Shown in pieces: positions 1 through 13,200 of a stretch of DNA of 64,000 nt. The stretch comes from Octopus sinensis (Eukaryota), in NCBI RefSeq assembly GCF_006345805.1, contig NC_043002.1, forward strand, positions 7,316,001 through 7,380,000, read 5' to 3'. The notes beneath the pieces were generated by a model. That model saw nothing but the letters and a program-made list of their open reading frames with translations, ran no database searches and was not told the DNA's origin. Each line of letters begins with the position of its first letter. The first letter of the stretch is position 1. Made by a program: the position numbers and the translations under genes.

Positions 1-591
1 GTTTAAAGGTTTTTCAGGAAAATAACAGGTTAAATGGTCTAAACACACTTTTATTTAAGAAACATTTCATATAAATATTTTTCTTATTATCCCGTGTCAA
101 AATAAGAAAAGCAAGCGAGATACAGTGAGCACATTTAAGTAATAATAATAATAATAATAATATAATAATAGTAATATAGATTAGGGATTCTATGTCGATG
201 ACAAAAGCAAAAATTGAAATATTGTATTTAATCGAAAACTTCGTTCTTTAAATTCTTACGTTATTGAATGTTTTTGCTTTTCTTTGAATACAAAATATGA
301 AAATGCAAAACGATTATGAATATTGATAGACGAAGATGAATATTGATAGACTCGTGCACTTGTTTTATCTGCCTTTGCCTTCATTCTTTCGCTTCATAAT
401 ACCGACATATAAAATCCGGTCTTTTAATCATTATCTACGTTTCTATTAAAAGAATGGAGAATATTCAACAAGGAGAAAAAGATGGAAATATTCAATAAAT
501 AAACTTTTCAGATTTTGCTTTTATCTTTGATGTCGTATCCCTGCTCTAAACGATTCTTATTCTTTCTTCTTCTTATTATTATTATCACTGA

Positions 592-813
592 AAGGCGGGT
601 GAGCAGACAGGATCGTTAAGATGGCGGACGAAATGCTTAGCGACATTCCGTCCATCTTTAAGAGTTTAAATTCCACCGAGGTCGACTTTGCTTTACATAC
701 TTTCTGGGGTGGTAAAATAAGTACAAGTCAAGCACTGGCGTCGACGAAGACGACTTACCCACTCCCCCGAAATTGCTGGTCTTGTGCCAAAATTTGAAAG
801 CATTATTATTATT
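592..813 (+). mobile_element. tRNA-derived SINE, family A (diverged; subfamily with (ATT)n tail)
   Basis: Head AAGGCGGGTGAGC..., central GAGGTCGACTTTGCTTT...AAAATAAGTAC shared with many copies in the window; (TTA)n on both sides. Confidence 0.8.
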
Positions 814-1789
814 AAGTAAATATGCACATTGTATCTCGCTGCTCGTTGTTATTCTGACGTAGCGCACTAAAAGTATTTGTTATAATAAACTGCTTTTCAA
901 AATCCTAAAGAACGTTTAATACATTATTTTACACAAATCATTTTAAAAATATTCGGTCTACTGAGTATTCGACCTTTCAGTGTTTAAGTATTCTAATTTT
1001 TAGGTCATTTCAATTTGGCCTTCTCGTGTTCCCCCAAAACGGCACCTATGTTATAAACATATACATCCGTTAGTGCACATATAATACCGGAGCGTAGAAG
1101 ATTTTCTTTTACTCAAGACATATCTATTCGATCAGTTTCTCAGCAGGAGAGATTACCTCAATTTACCTTTTATGTGTGAAACTGATTGTGCGTCGAGCAA
1201 ACAATGAGCAGAGTTTTCTGGTTCAGCGAAAATATAAAACGTGTGTGTATGTGTGTGTGTGTGTGTGTGTCTGTGTCTGTGTGTATGTGTGCATCCAATT
1301 GCATTTGTGTGCTTTTAGTCTCATTTCAGAACAATAACATCTTCGATATTCATTCCCGCAAAAGCAGTATGGCGACAAAAGAGATAAAAATTATGAAAAT
1401 ATATATACATAGACAAATGGCGAATCACTGCTTCAGTGAATTGTTCTTGGTGAAAATATCTCACAACCAGATATATATTACAAACACATAAATATGTGTG
1501 TGTGTATGTATGCGCGCGCAAGTATATGTCTGTGTGTGTTAAGTAGGAACACCTCTCTTTTCGGACACTTGGTGTAAGACGCGAGTGCGTTGGAGTTTCC
1601 TATTTGTCTATGACATATAATTTGTATGCTCTTGTTTTATTTTAAATAAAAAAAATTAAATATTAAAATAAAACAGTGTTCTATCATGTTTATGCATATA
1701 TTTATATTATATCATATCAAATATATATATATACACACATAATATATATACACACATATATATATATATATATACATACACATAGTTAT

Positions 1790-1834
1790 AACCCATGCTA
1801 GCATGGAGAACGGACGTTAAACGATGATGATGAT
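1790..1834 (+). mobile_element. 3' tail fragment of an RTE-type LINE/SINE
   Basis: ACCCATGCTAGCATGGAGAACGGACGTTAAACGATGATGATGAT; a related tail occurs near 15820-15855. Confidence 0.55.
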
Positions 1835-2944
1835 ATATACATACACATAGTGATATATATATATATATATATAATATACATACACATATTATCTATATAT
1901 ATCTATATATATATATATATATATACATCACATAGTTATATATATTATATATATATATATATATATAATATAATATATAGAGCGAGAGAGAGAGAGAGAG
2001 ATAAAAAGATATAAACACATTACATATAAGTATATATTCATATCATATATACATATATACTCACATCACATATATATATATGGATGGATGTAAATATATG
2101 TATGTATATATACACATCATATATATATATATATACACACACACATATATAATCATATATATATACAAATGTGTAGACATATATATTCATATATATACCT
2201 ACATCATATACATATATATTTATGTGTGTATATACATACACACACACATCCTATATATGTACACATCGTATACACACACATAGACATCATATCTATATAG
2301 AGGTGGTTCGTATGTGCACTCATATATTGATATACACACGTGTATAACCCCATTAACACGTTCAGAAGCGTTAGCAATGTCCAAGGTGTGTGCATGTGTT
2401 CCTCGGCGAGTGAATGGCAAGAGCCTGCATATATTGTTGTGTCTATAGGCAGGAGCAACAATATCGCCACCAGCAAGCAGAACCAGCAGCTGCGAGGAAT
2501 AACTAGCGAGCAGATACTAGCATTAGCAGCAACAGTATCAAAAGCAGTAGCAGTAATATTGCCATCAGTAACAGTAGCAGTCCAGGGACGCCATCTCACT
2601 GGCATTATTTACTCATTCGTTTTGTATAGCGCTAAGCTGATACCTAGAATATTTGGCATTATATTCACTGTAGCACATATATATATATATATATATGTGT
2701 ATACAGTGGTGGACATGCTAATAGGTTTCACTCGCCTAGTATCATGTAATATGCATATTATCAAATTTCTGCGAGAAAAACACTGGATTAGATTTCACTG
2801 GTAATGTGTGAACAGGAAGAGCGAAGAACACAAGATGTTAACCTCATTGTGTGTACGCGCGCGCGCATGTGTCTTTATGCACAAGATGATTAATATTCCC
2901 GTAGGCAAATTAGTTCTCTTTCCCTTAGATACACACACCACACA

Positions 2945-2970
2945 CTATATATATATATATCTATATATTA

Positions 2971-3050
<80 letters not shown>

Positions 3051-3147
3051 TATATATATACATATATATTATATACATATATATTATATATACATTATAT
3101 ATATATAATATATATATATACATATATAATATATACATATATAATAT

Positions 3148-3215
<68 letters not shown>

Positions 3216-3270
3216 ATATGTATATATGTATATGCATATATGTATTATATATATGTATACATATATATAT
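2945..3270. repeat. (TA)n-rich compound microsatellite
   Basis: Direct inspection. Confidence 0.95.
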
Positions 3271-3495
3271 ACAGGAGTAAGCACATAAATGTGAAACAAG
3301 GTGGAAAAAAAGAGTACTCAAATACCAGAGGTAGAGTAATATGCTTTATTTAAAAGCAGCAGGAATATAGCAAAAAGCTGTTACTCGGAGTTTCACGTTC
3401 CCTTTCGTCGGACAGTATCTTTAACAATACTGTCCGACGAACGGGAACGTGAAACTCCGAGTAACAGCTTTTGTTATATTTTGGTGGTTTTAAAT
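3271..3495. mobile_element. Penelope-like non-autonomous element ending in an inverted (fold-back) duplication
   Basis: Arms 3364-3418 and 3427-3480 are near-perfect reverse complements (8-nt loop), loosely extending to 3348-3495; each arm carries an HHR-like motif. PLE assignment is inferred. Confidence 0.65.
3430..3467 (+). ncRNA. Type I hammerhead-ribozyme-like fold (U4C core variant)
   Basis: CTGT-CCGACGA-ACG(GGAA)CGT-GAA-ACT(CCG)AGT-A-ACAG: stems I, II and III all pair; GUA cleavage triplet; antisense copy at 3378-3415. Confidence 0.6.
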
Positions 3496-4362
3496 TAAGT
3501 ATATGTATATATATATATATATATATATAGTTCGCGTGGTGAGCATGCGCACGTGTGTATGCGTTTATATATGTATATCATAGAAGCACATACACAATAG
3601 TATATATATATAGTATATATATATATATATTATATATATATATATATATTATATATATATATACATACATGTGTGTGTGTTGAGTACGTACATATAAGTG
3701 TTTCACGCCAGTGCGATCTCCAGGCGAGAATACGTCGTAAGTTCACAGTGCCATTAAAATCGTGAACGAAGTCGCAATTCAGTTTCAATAAACTACTTAC
3801 AGGTTTGAGCTTACGAGTATGTGTGTGTATATATATATATATGTGTGCTTGTTGATACAAACACACAATCACACACATAAAGAAATAGGATGAGACGGTT
3901 CTAGACTCGCGCTTACTTCATCGCCAAAATTGATGTCAGCATGGTTGGAACTGTGTGATATAAATAAACATAGCTATATACTACAAATCCTCATATCCAG
4001 TACACTGTGAAAGAAATCATTGGATTGGCAGACCCAGTAGTATACTGGAGGAAATCCTTACGTCACTTATTTACGCCTCTTGAAGCCGGGTTGAAAACCT
4101 GCAGCATTCAACACTGTTTCTGTATTCTGACAATATATAGGCAATAAATTAAAGTAGTGCTCAGTCTTTATCGTAGAATATTTCCATAATTTATCCAAGA
4201 GGAGAATAGAAAACTAAGATTCTATTATAGAGAGAAAGTTATGATTACTGTGGTACCGTACCCTAGTTCTACTTCATTTCTATAGTTGACAACAACTTGG
4301 TCTGTTGTCTGGGTGAAAATGAAATTGAAGGAGCATAAACATTTTTTTTTTGTTCCCGTAAG

Positions 4363-4363
<1 letters not shown>

Positions 4364-4458
<95 letters not shown>

Positions 4459-4552
4459 AAGAAGGGTGTAATTTTAGGAAAGCAAGCACGTAGGCACACC
4501 TGGAGAAGAAGAAGAAGAAGAAGAAGAAGAAGAAGAAGAAGAAGAAGAAGAA
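4364..4552. repeat. (TAA)n-(GAA)n compound trinucleotide microsatellite
   Basis: (TAA)n 4364-4430, (GAA)n 4431-4463 and 4503-4552. Confidence 0.95.
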
Positions 4553-4827
4553 GACTCAAGAATGGAAAATAGTAATATTCTAAAAATCGCAAGCTTATAT
4601 TGAAGGAGAGAGAGAGGAGAGAGAGAGGAGAGAGAGAGCAAGAGGTGCGCATGCACAAACAGATACACATTTTCGCCTGGATCTACAATAATATGCAATT
4701 AACTTCATTTAGTGATTAATGATACAACTTTGAAACCAGCTGGACAAGTAGGATCTCAGACGAAATAGAAAGAAAAATGAGATAAATACGAAGGAAAAAT
4801 ACAGAGAAAATAGAGAGACGTAAACAG

Positions 4828-4861
<34 letters not shown>

Positions 4862-5285
4862 GAGAGAAAGAGAGAGAGAGTGAGAGAAGGGAAGAGATAA
4901 TTTTACTGGTTGGCTTTAGGTTAGACGTGGCTTGGTGACTAAACCAATAGCTTCGATTGATTGTTTCAACAACCTTATAATTATGTCGAACGAAAACAGT
5001 GACATGTTGAGATACTGATTAAGTTTCCGTCAAGATACAAGGTTGTTTTTGCACGAATGCTGAATTTATATTACCTTGCTAATAAGCTAATAAGTTTCCA
5101 AAAATTAAATAAATATATATAAATAAATATATATTATATATAAGTTCAGCAAAATTTAGATTCAAGTGAATATGGTACTTAAATCTGAGGCACCAGAATT
5201 TTGTATGGTGTTATCCATATAAATCCATGGGGTGATTATAATCAAAATAAGCAAATTACCGAAGATATACTTGTTGCTTATTTTG

Positions 5286-5326
<41 letters not shown>

Positions 5327-5475
5327 TCTCTGTTTTATTTATTGCACTAATAATTCTCCCATTAATGCTTCCGTACGTACGGCAAAATATTTCGCGTCAC
5401 TGACGAGGTCAGAATAAAACCGAAATTTGTATTTCATACTTACAACAACTATATTGACAATATTAATCCTTAGAC

Positions 5476-5511
<36 letters not shown>

Positions 5512-5907
5512 AAAGCCTATCTACCATTTTTAATTTTTAAAATATCCTTGTCAGCTTTTTGAATTCTGCAAATATTAAACAAGATCACTAAAGCATATTG
5601 TTTTTCATTTTGATGGTGACTTATTAGTTATTGTATATTTACATAATTATTCTTCCATCACAAATTCATAAGTTACACTACAGATAAAATATCATCTAAG
5701 CTTCATGAATAGCATCAAACTTTTTGCTTTAATTTTGGTACAAGAAATTTTCATAGTTCTTTCTCAGCGATTTTTGTTGCGAAAGAAACTATCTAAAATG
5801 CAAGAATCATTTTGAAACAAAATAATACATACAAAACAACGCTAATAAAAACAGAACAGTGATTATGAAGGATTATGTTTTTTATATATATGATATATAT
5901 ACACATA

Positions 5908-6074
5908 TAGGCGCAGGAGTGGCTGTGTGGTAAGTAGCTTGCTTACCAACCACATGGTTCCGGGTTCAGTCCCACTGCGTGGCACCTTGGGCAAGTGTCT
6001 TCTACTATAGCCTCGGGCCGACCAAAGCCTTGTGAGTGGATTTGGTAGACGGAAACTGAAAGAAGCCCGTCGTA

Positions 6075-6114
<40 letters not shown>

Positions 6115-6334
6115 TGTGTGTGTGTTTGTGTGTCTGTGTTTGTCCCCCTAGCATTGCTTGACGACCGATGCTGGTGTGTTTAGGTCCCCGTTACTTAGCG
6201 GTTCGGCAAAAGAGACCGATAGAATAAGTACTGGGCTTACAAAGAATATGTCCCGGGGTCGAGTTGCTCGACTAAAGGCGGTGCTCCAGCATGGCCGCAG
6301 TCAAATGACTGAAGCAAGTAAAAGAGTAAAAGAG
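5908..6334 (+). mobile_element. tRNA-derived SINE, family B, full length
   Basis: Head GGCGCAGGAGTGGCTGTGTGGTAAG...GGTTCAGTCCC, internal (TA)n(TG)n tract, tail GCTCCAGCATGGCCGCAGTCAAATGACTGAAGCAAGTAAAAGAG; highly similar to 9328-9750, 31460-31866 and 39848-40244. Confidence 0.92.
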
Positions 6335-6987
6335 TATATACACACATACATATATACGCATACATATATATCTATATGTGTGTGTGTGTGAGAGTGAGTG
6401 TGTGTGAGAGAGAGTGAGTGTGTGTGTGTGTGCGTTTTTTGTATGTAACTATGTTTGTATGTAACAATGAATGAATGAAGAATGTATGTGCGCAAGTGTG
6501 AGAGCAAGTGCACGCTGAAATTATTGGAACTCATTGGACAGGTAGGGAAGTTTACGTACCTTCTGTAGCTTCGTAGAATCCAGAAAACGTGTCATTATGT
6601 TTCGACCCATTCAGCACTGTGTAGGCAAAATGGAATAAAGTTGTAATAAAGGGATAAAAAAACAGAATCGGTAAAGGATCACAAGCTCGCTGGTCCGAAC
6701 ACCTAGGTCACAAAACATTTAACGATGTGCCTTTGTGTGTGTGTGTATATAATATATACATATATATGTACATACACATGTATACATATAAATATGTACA
6801 TACACATGTATACATATATATAAATATAATAATAATATTATGTTTTATTTCTTTTATATATATGTATACATATAATATAAATATATACATACACATGTAT
6901 ACATATATATAAATATATATACATATATAATAAATATAACATATATATAATATAAATATGTACATACACATGTATACATATATATAA

Positions 6988-7021
<34 letters not shown>

Positions 7022-7028
7022 GCACATG

Positions 7029-7059
<31 letters not shown>

Positions 7060-7850
7060 GCACACACATAAATACACACATACACAAGTGACAAGAACTT
7101 TAAGACCACACCGACAGGCTATATCTTCATACACATTTAACATAGCATAAATTCATATTGGACAATGCACAAGAAAATGAAATCAAAAACAATAATGCAC
7201 GATACTGCACAACGACGCATATATTTATGCATACACACGCCTACACATCTATTTATATATATATATATATATATAAACATACACACACACACACACCACA
7301 CACACACATAGCTGACGCTGTTGTATTTCACTATGTATACATAACTATGAGATCAGCTACACCACACACACACTTAGACTACACATATACATTTTCTATT
7401 AATTTACATAATTTAAAAATTATTATAATTATTATTATTATTATTACTACTACTACTGCTATAGATACATCTTCACATATCTTTATTTTAATATTCAATA
7501 GTTATTGTATATAAATGTTATATAAAAAGTTATACTCATTATGGTTTGCTTTTCATTACCCTATACAAACACTGCTTAAGACACTCATGTTCTTAGAGTA
7601 AGAACGAGATTTATTGTCAATGATGACTTCTTCCAAATTACACTGGAAGCTGTTTCTTCATAAAGACACTATCACTGAAAAGTAAAGATCTCGTAGGCTA
7701 ATATTTGCTTCTGTAATTACATAATGTTTGCTCAGAACATACACGAATCAAGATTTTAGCCATACGAGATTTCCACTATTCACTGAATTACATTGAATCC
7801 TACCAAGCCCGGTATTTAGTGCTACTGACCGTTAATTATCTTTAATTATC

Positions 7851-8114
7851 GTTATTGACGAATTTGTCTATCTTCGGCATATTTGGCATTAGAATTATTT
7901 TCCTTTGCCCTTGTTTATAAGTTGTTTATAAATTTAACCTTTAAAGGTATTTTTTAATATGCTGGCTATTGATAAAATTCTTTTCGAAAAATTTTATCCT
8001 ATATTAGATATATATATATATATATTATATATATATATATAATTCATAAATGAGGGCAAGGGAAAAAATTTCTAATGCCAAATATGCCGAAAAATTGGAC
8101 ATATTGTCCATTAA
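7851..8114. repeat. MITE-like fold-back with ~70-bp imperfect inverted arms
   Basis: 7851-7920 (TTCGGCATATTTGGCATTAGAA...) is the reverse complement of 8043-8114 (...TTCTAATGCCAAATATGCCGAA). Confidence 0.65.
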
Positions 8115-8218
8115 CCATATACTTTTTTCACAATTAACCATATTATATGCTGGCCATTGATAAAATTCTTTTCGAGAAAATATTCATTTTTTTTCGAAAA
8201 GAATTTTATCCTCACATT

Positions 8219-8278
<60 letters not shown>

Positions 8279-9327
8279 CTGTATAACACGTACTTCCTAT
8301 CATAGTTCAGAAAATGTTCCCTAAATTTATTTTGTTTCGTGCGATTACTGAACGAGCTTATTTCGAGCATCTATTTCTTTCTAAGAAATGTCATTCAAGC
8401 GAATGTGGTCTAGTGGTACTTGTGTGTATTGATAAGATAAACTGAGTTCTAGGTTTACTATTTATTTATCAATACTTCTTTTCTTCATATATTCGTATTT
8501 CATGTTTATTACAAAGAATTCCACTAAATCTGACACAAACGCTTCTAAACCTTCATAATTTCATATTTTGGATGAAACCATGTTGGTGTGTATTGTTCTT
8601 TCTCGGAGCCAACGATATGATTTGTGTCAGTGTGACTAGCGGATTCTGAATTTTAGACAATTACATTTATGCGTTCTCCGTCGGGGATATATTTTTATTT
8701 GTGACAAACTTATAATAATTATGTATATATTTTAGCACTGTGTATGTTCCCACCTGCTCACCATGCACTTACAGCAAGAAGCAATTGCATGCATTACATC
8801 ACATAACAGAAAAACAAAGGGGAAAAAAGTATTTAAAAAACTAGTTAGGAGAAAGTTAGTGGACAACAAACACAACTAGACACTACAGAATTCTCTTAAA
8901 GATAAATAATTCATATTAGAAGTCATACTCATAACGGAATACAATGTTAAAATAAACAGAGATAATAAGTATTAGTCACAAACGAAAATTAACACCCAGC
9001 TTGATGTCGTAGATATCTAGAAAGTTAAAACTTGAAATTCCTGAGTTAAATATTTACGCGAAGCAGGTTTGGCCTTGCCGGCTACAAAGTGTGATTGTGG
9101 GGAGTAACACACATGCCCACATCAATTCATCCAGCGGAAGATGAGATTAAGAACGTACAGAAACACTAATGATGGACCTGGGAAGTTTACTGTTCCAAAT
9201 TGTAAGGAACACGTGAACATGGAAGACGGCATGAAGGAAGAAACATTTAAAGAAGATAAAACTAAGGCACATTCATGTTTTCAATAACACACACATTCAC
9301 ACATACACTACATACGTACCTATGTAT

Positions 9328-9750
9328 ACTCTTTCTCTTTTCTCTTTTACTTGTTTCAGTCATTTGACTGCGGCCATGCTGGAGCACCGCCTTTAGTCGA
9401 GCAAATCGACCCCGGGACTTATTCTTTGTAAGCCCAGTACTTATTCTATCGGTCTCTTTTGCCGAACCGCTAAGTGACGAGGACGTAAACACACCAGCAT
9501 CGGTTGTCAAGCAATGCTAGGGGGACAAACACAGACACACAAACATATACACACACACTTATATATATATATATATACATATATACGACATGCTTCTTTC
9601 AGTTTCCGTCTACCAAATCCACTCACAAGGCATTGGTCGGCCCGGGGCTCTAGCAGAAGACACTTGCCCAAGATGCCACGCAGTGGGACTGAACCCGGAA
9701 CCATGTGGTCGGTTAGCAAGCTACTTACCACACAGCCACTCCTGCGCCTA
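9328..9750 (-). mobile_element. SINE family B, full length
   Basis: Reverse complement of 5908-6334 over its whole length. Confidence 0.92.
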
Positions 9751-10368
9751 TGTATGCGTATGAGAGACAGAGAGAGAGAGAGGAGGGGGGGGGGGAAGAG
9801 TTGGTAAATCTATGGTGACTGTGAAAGACAATTGCATCGTGTCAGGTTTCATAATCTCAGCCAAATAAATAAACAAGTAAACAACAAAAGAAGTACAATT
9901 TATGGACAGAAAATATGAGATGAACAGGTTCAGCACAAGTATGGAAGACAAGTGATGTCAGCATTATTAAACAACAGAATATTTTGACATAGGGATGAAA
10001 TAAGAAATGGAAGTTTTGATCATTTTCTGGATTTTAATTTTTAGCGCTGACAGATGATAAAAAAAAGGACAAGTTTTTAAGAAGTATTTTATAAATAGTT
10101 CGATGCATAGATAAATAAATGAATAAGAAATTTCCTATACTATACGTTTCTCACCAACCAAAATGAATCTCTAAAAACGGAAACAAACCCCCTGAATATA
10201 AATAGTTTCGAAATATAGGATTGCAACACAAAAAAACATGACAAAAGTAAGTAATACTGATTTATACATACACACATACGTATAACATATACATAGTACA
10301 TAATACATAGATACATACATACATACATATATACATATATATATAATATATATCTATATATATATATA

Positions 10369-10399
<31 letters not shown>

Positions 10400-11021
10400 A
10401 CATATACATATATATATATATATAATATATATATATACAGACATGCATATGTCTACATCGATTACACATTACGCAGTTATGCATGTGCATACATGCATAT
10501 ACATACTCATAAATGCATACTCGTTATCTGTGACTCACAAAGCTAATCCAGAAAAGAAAGCAATGGAGCCAATAAGACAACACAATCCAGCGGACGAGAC
10601 ATTCTATAATATGATCGGTGTGTATTGGGCTGAGAAAGAAGAGAGGATGATCACAAGGAGAATGTTTTACCATGAAGAACATTGCTAACTTTACACTCGG
10701 GCTAAACAGCTATTATTATTAATAATATATTGTAAACGGCATTGTTGTAATTTGAAATCTTGTAACAAATGAAAAAACTTTGATTATAATTATGCTGTCA
10801 GTTGTTATACCACCGGCTATTATTATTATTATTAGTTGTTATTTTACAAAAGCACAAGGCCACAAATTTTATGGTAAGGGCTAGCCGAGTAAAGCGATCC
10901 TACATCTTGACTGGTACTCTATTTTTATCAAGTACGGAAAAAAAAGTAAAGCAAAAATTGTCCTTCCCTTTTATAAAGTGTCAGAACACGCCAACATCTC
11001 TTCATCCTGATAATGGTACTA

Positions 11022-11148
11022 CATCCTTTCGGGGTCGATAAATTAAGTACCAGTTACGCACTAGGGGTCGATGTAACCGACTTGATCCGTTTGTCTGTCC
11101 TTGTTTGTCCCCTCTTTGTTTAACCCCTTGTGGGTAGTAAAGAAATAG
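11022..11148 (+). mobile_element. SINE family A, 5'-truncated
   Basis: CATCCTTTCGGGGTCGATAAATTAAGTACCAG...GTAAAGAAATAG. Confidence 0.85.
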
Positions 11149-11309
11149 GTACTAGGACAGTCTAAGAAAGTTGCTGGATTTGGAAAACACTGTTCCAAAC
11201 AAAAGTTCCAAGGAATTCCTATACCGCAATATCATCTTGTTAATTACATAAGCAATTAACGCTAATACAGAATCTCTCTCTCTCTCTCTCTCTCTTTCTC
11301 ATTTACTGA

Positions 11310-11340
<31 letters not shown>

Positions 11341-11640
11341 TCTTTCACTTGCTCTCTCTGTACTTCCCTTCATGCAATAAGTTTTTGTTTTGTTTCGTAG
11401 AATAATATTTCAATAAAATTAACGAAGAAACTGAGAATATGAATATTAAATTATGAAAAGTGAAATTTTAAAAATGTGAGAAGCTTGAAGTGGAAAAGCA
11501 CGAACCGAAAACAAAACCGAAGAATGTATTTATATATGAAGAGAGAGAGACTGTGGAGAGTGGAAAAGAGAATGGAAGAGAATGACAAAATTGGTAGAGC
11601 AGAAGAGGGCGGTTCGGAAAAATTTTGGCAAAAATCCAGA

Positions 11641-11815
11641 AATTCCGGGGGCGGCGTTAAGTCGATTACATCGATCCCAGTACTCAACTGGTACTTATTT
11701 CATAGACCCCGAAAGGATTAACGGCAATGTCGACCTCAGTGGAATTTGAACTCAGAACGTAAAGAGCCGGAAAAATTTTTCACGAGGCATTTTGCTCGTT
11801 CTTACGATTTTACTA
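11641..11815 (-). mobile_element. SINE family A, diverged
   Basis: GTCGATTACATCGATCCCAG...GACCCCGAAAGGA...GGAATTTGAACTCAGAACGT is the reverse complement of the family A body. Confidence 0.8.
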
Positions 11816-12689
11816 TTTCATTACCCTGACTAGTAAAACTAATATTGGAAATAAAGAATTGAAGAACAGATTTCGGTAAAATAAAAATAAAAATCAGCAA
11901 AATTGAATGAGAAATAATGAAAATAATAAATAAACAAAGGCTAAAAATTAAATGAATAAATAATTTTTCTTACGTGGAAGGTAACGAAACACAGAAAGAA
12001 GAAAACAAGAAAAAAAAAATGAAATATCTATATATAAAAAAAACAACAACAGTAAAATAGCGATCAAAAAATAAAAGCAGAAAATCAGTGGAGGGAAAGA
12101 TTGGGTCAGATTAAAATTCTAGATGGGTGAGTGACAGACAATAAAAGGAAGGATGTGCTGAAGCAGAAAGAATAGGGAAGTGACGCTGAAATGTTTCCAA
12201 AGAGAAGCCAAAAACGAAATGAAGACGAAGTTAAATGAAGCAGAAAACCTAAAAAGAATAGCTATTTGAAATACGTTTCAATGAACGCACTCGCGTAAGT
12301 TGCATTTGAAAAGGAAAAGAGGTGGGCAAATGGCAAAAAAACGGCTACCCGGGTATTATAGGGCGTGGCACGGCTGAAAAAGAAGGCCGGACACTTGAAA
12401 TACACACTGTTCGCAGCGAATGCATATATGAACAAAATTAACTTTGACTTCATGTTTTGTATAAGTGCGTGAGTACCTGTGTGTGTATGTGTGTGAGAGA
12501 GAGAGGGATAGCGAGAGAGAGAGAGGGAGTGACAGAGAGAGAGGGGGGGGAGAGAGAAATTGTTTTGTTCAAATTTGTAGGTATGGGTATCACGCTTATG
12601 CCTGTATGTATTTACAAATACGGGTGGTTTGTCATTGTGTCTTAACTGCATGCTCCTTTTACACATTCGCATTCATATAACCGTGTATA

Positions 12690-13153
12690 TACATGTATAA
12701 AAATATATATATACATAAATATATATAAATATATAGATATTTATATATATATAATTATACATATATATTTATATAAATATATATATAAATATATAAATAT
12801 ATATAAATATATAAATATTTATATATATATATATAATTATACATATATAAATAAATATATATATATAAATATATATATATATAAATAAATATATATATAT
12901 ATAGATATATATATATATAAATATATATATAAATATATATATAGATATATATATATATAATAAATAAATATATATATAAATATATATATAATTAAATATA
13001 TCTATATATATATATAAATACATATGTATATATAAATAAATAAATACACATATATAAGTATATGTGTATATATATATGTATGTATGTATGTATGTATATA
13101 AATATATATATATGTATATAAATAAATGAATATATAAATATATATATATGAAG

Positions 13154-13198
<45 letters not shown>

Positions 13199-13200
13199 GT
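12690..13200. repeat. AT-rich low-complexity/(TA)n array ending in (TG)n
   Basis: Direct inspection. Confidence 0.95.

Noticed and set aside
2340-2804. 154-aa ORF on + with an overlapping 133-aa ORF on -
   Set aside because: It is built on a degenerate (AGC/AGT)n tract between microsatellites, with no recognisable domain or splice support.
5400-5431. CTGACGA-GGT...ACC-GAAA hammerhead core
   Set aside because: Core and stem II are present but stems I and III cannot form; counted only as a possible decayed relic.
6158-6391. Recurrent ORF MTTDAGVF...KAVLQHGRSQMTE (also 9262-9510 and 31409-31636)
   Set aside because: It is the 3' half of SINE family B; the recurrence reflects repeat copies, not a gene family.
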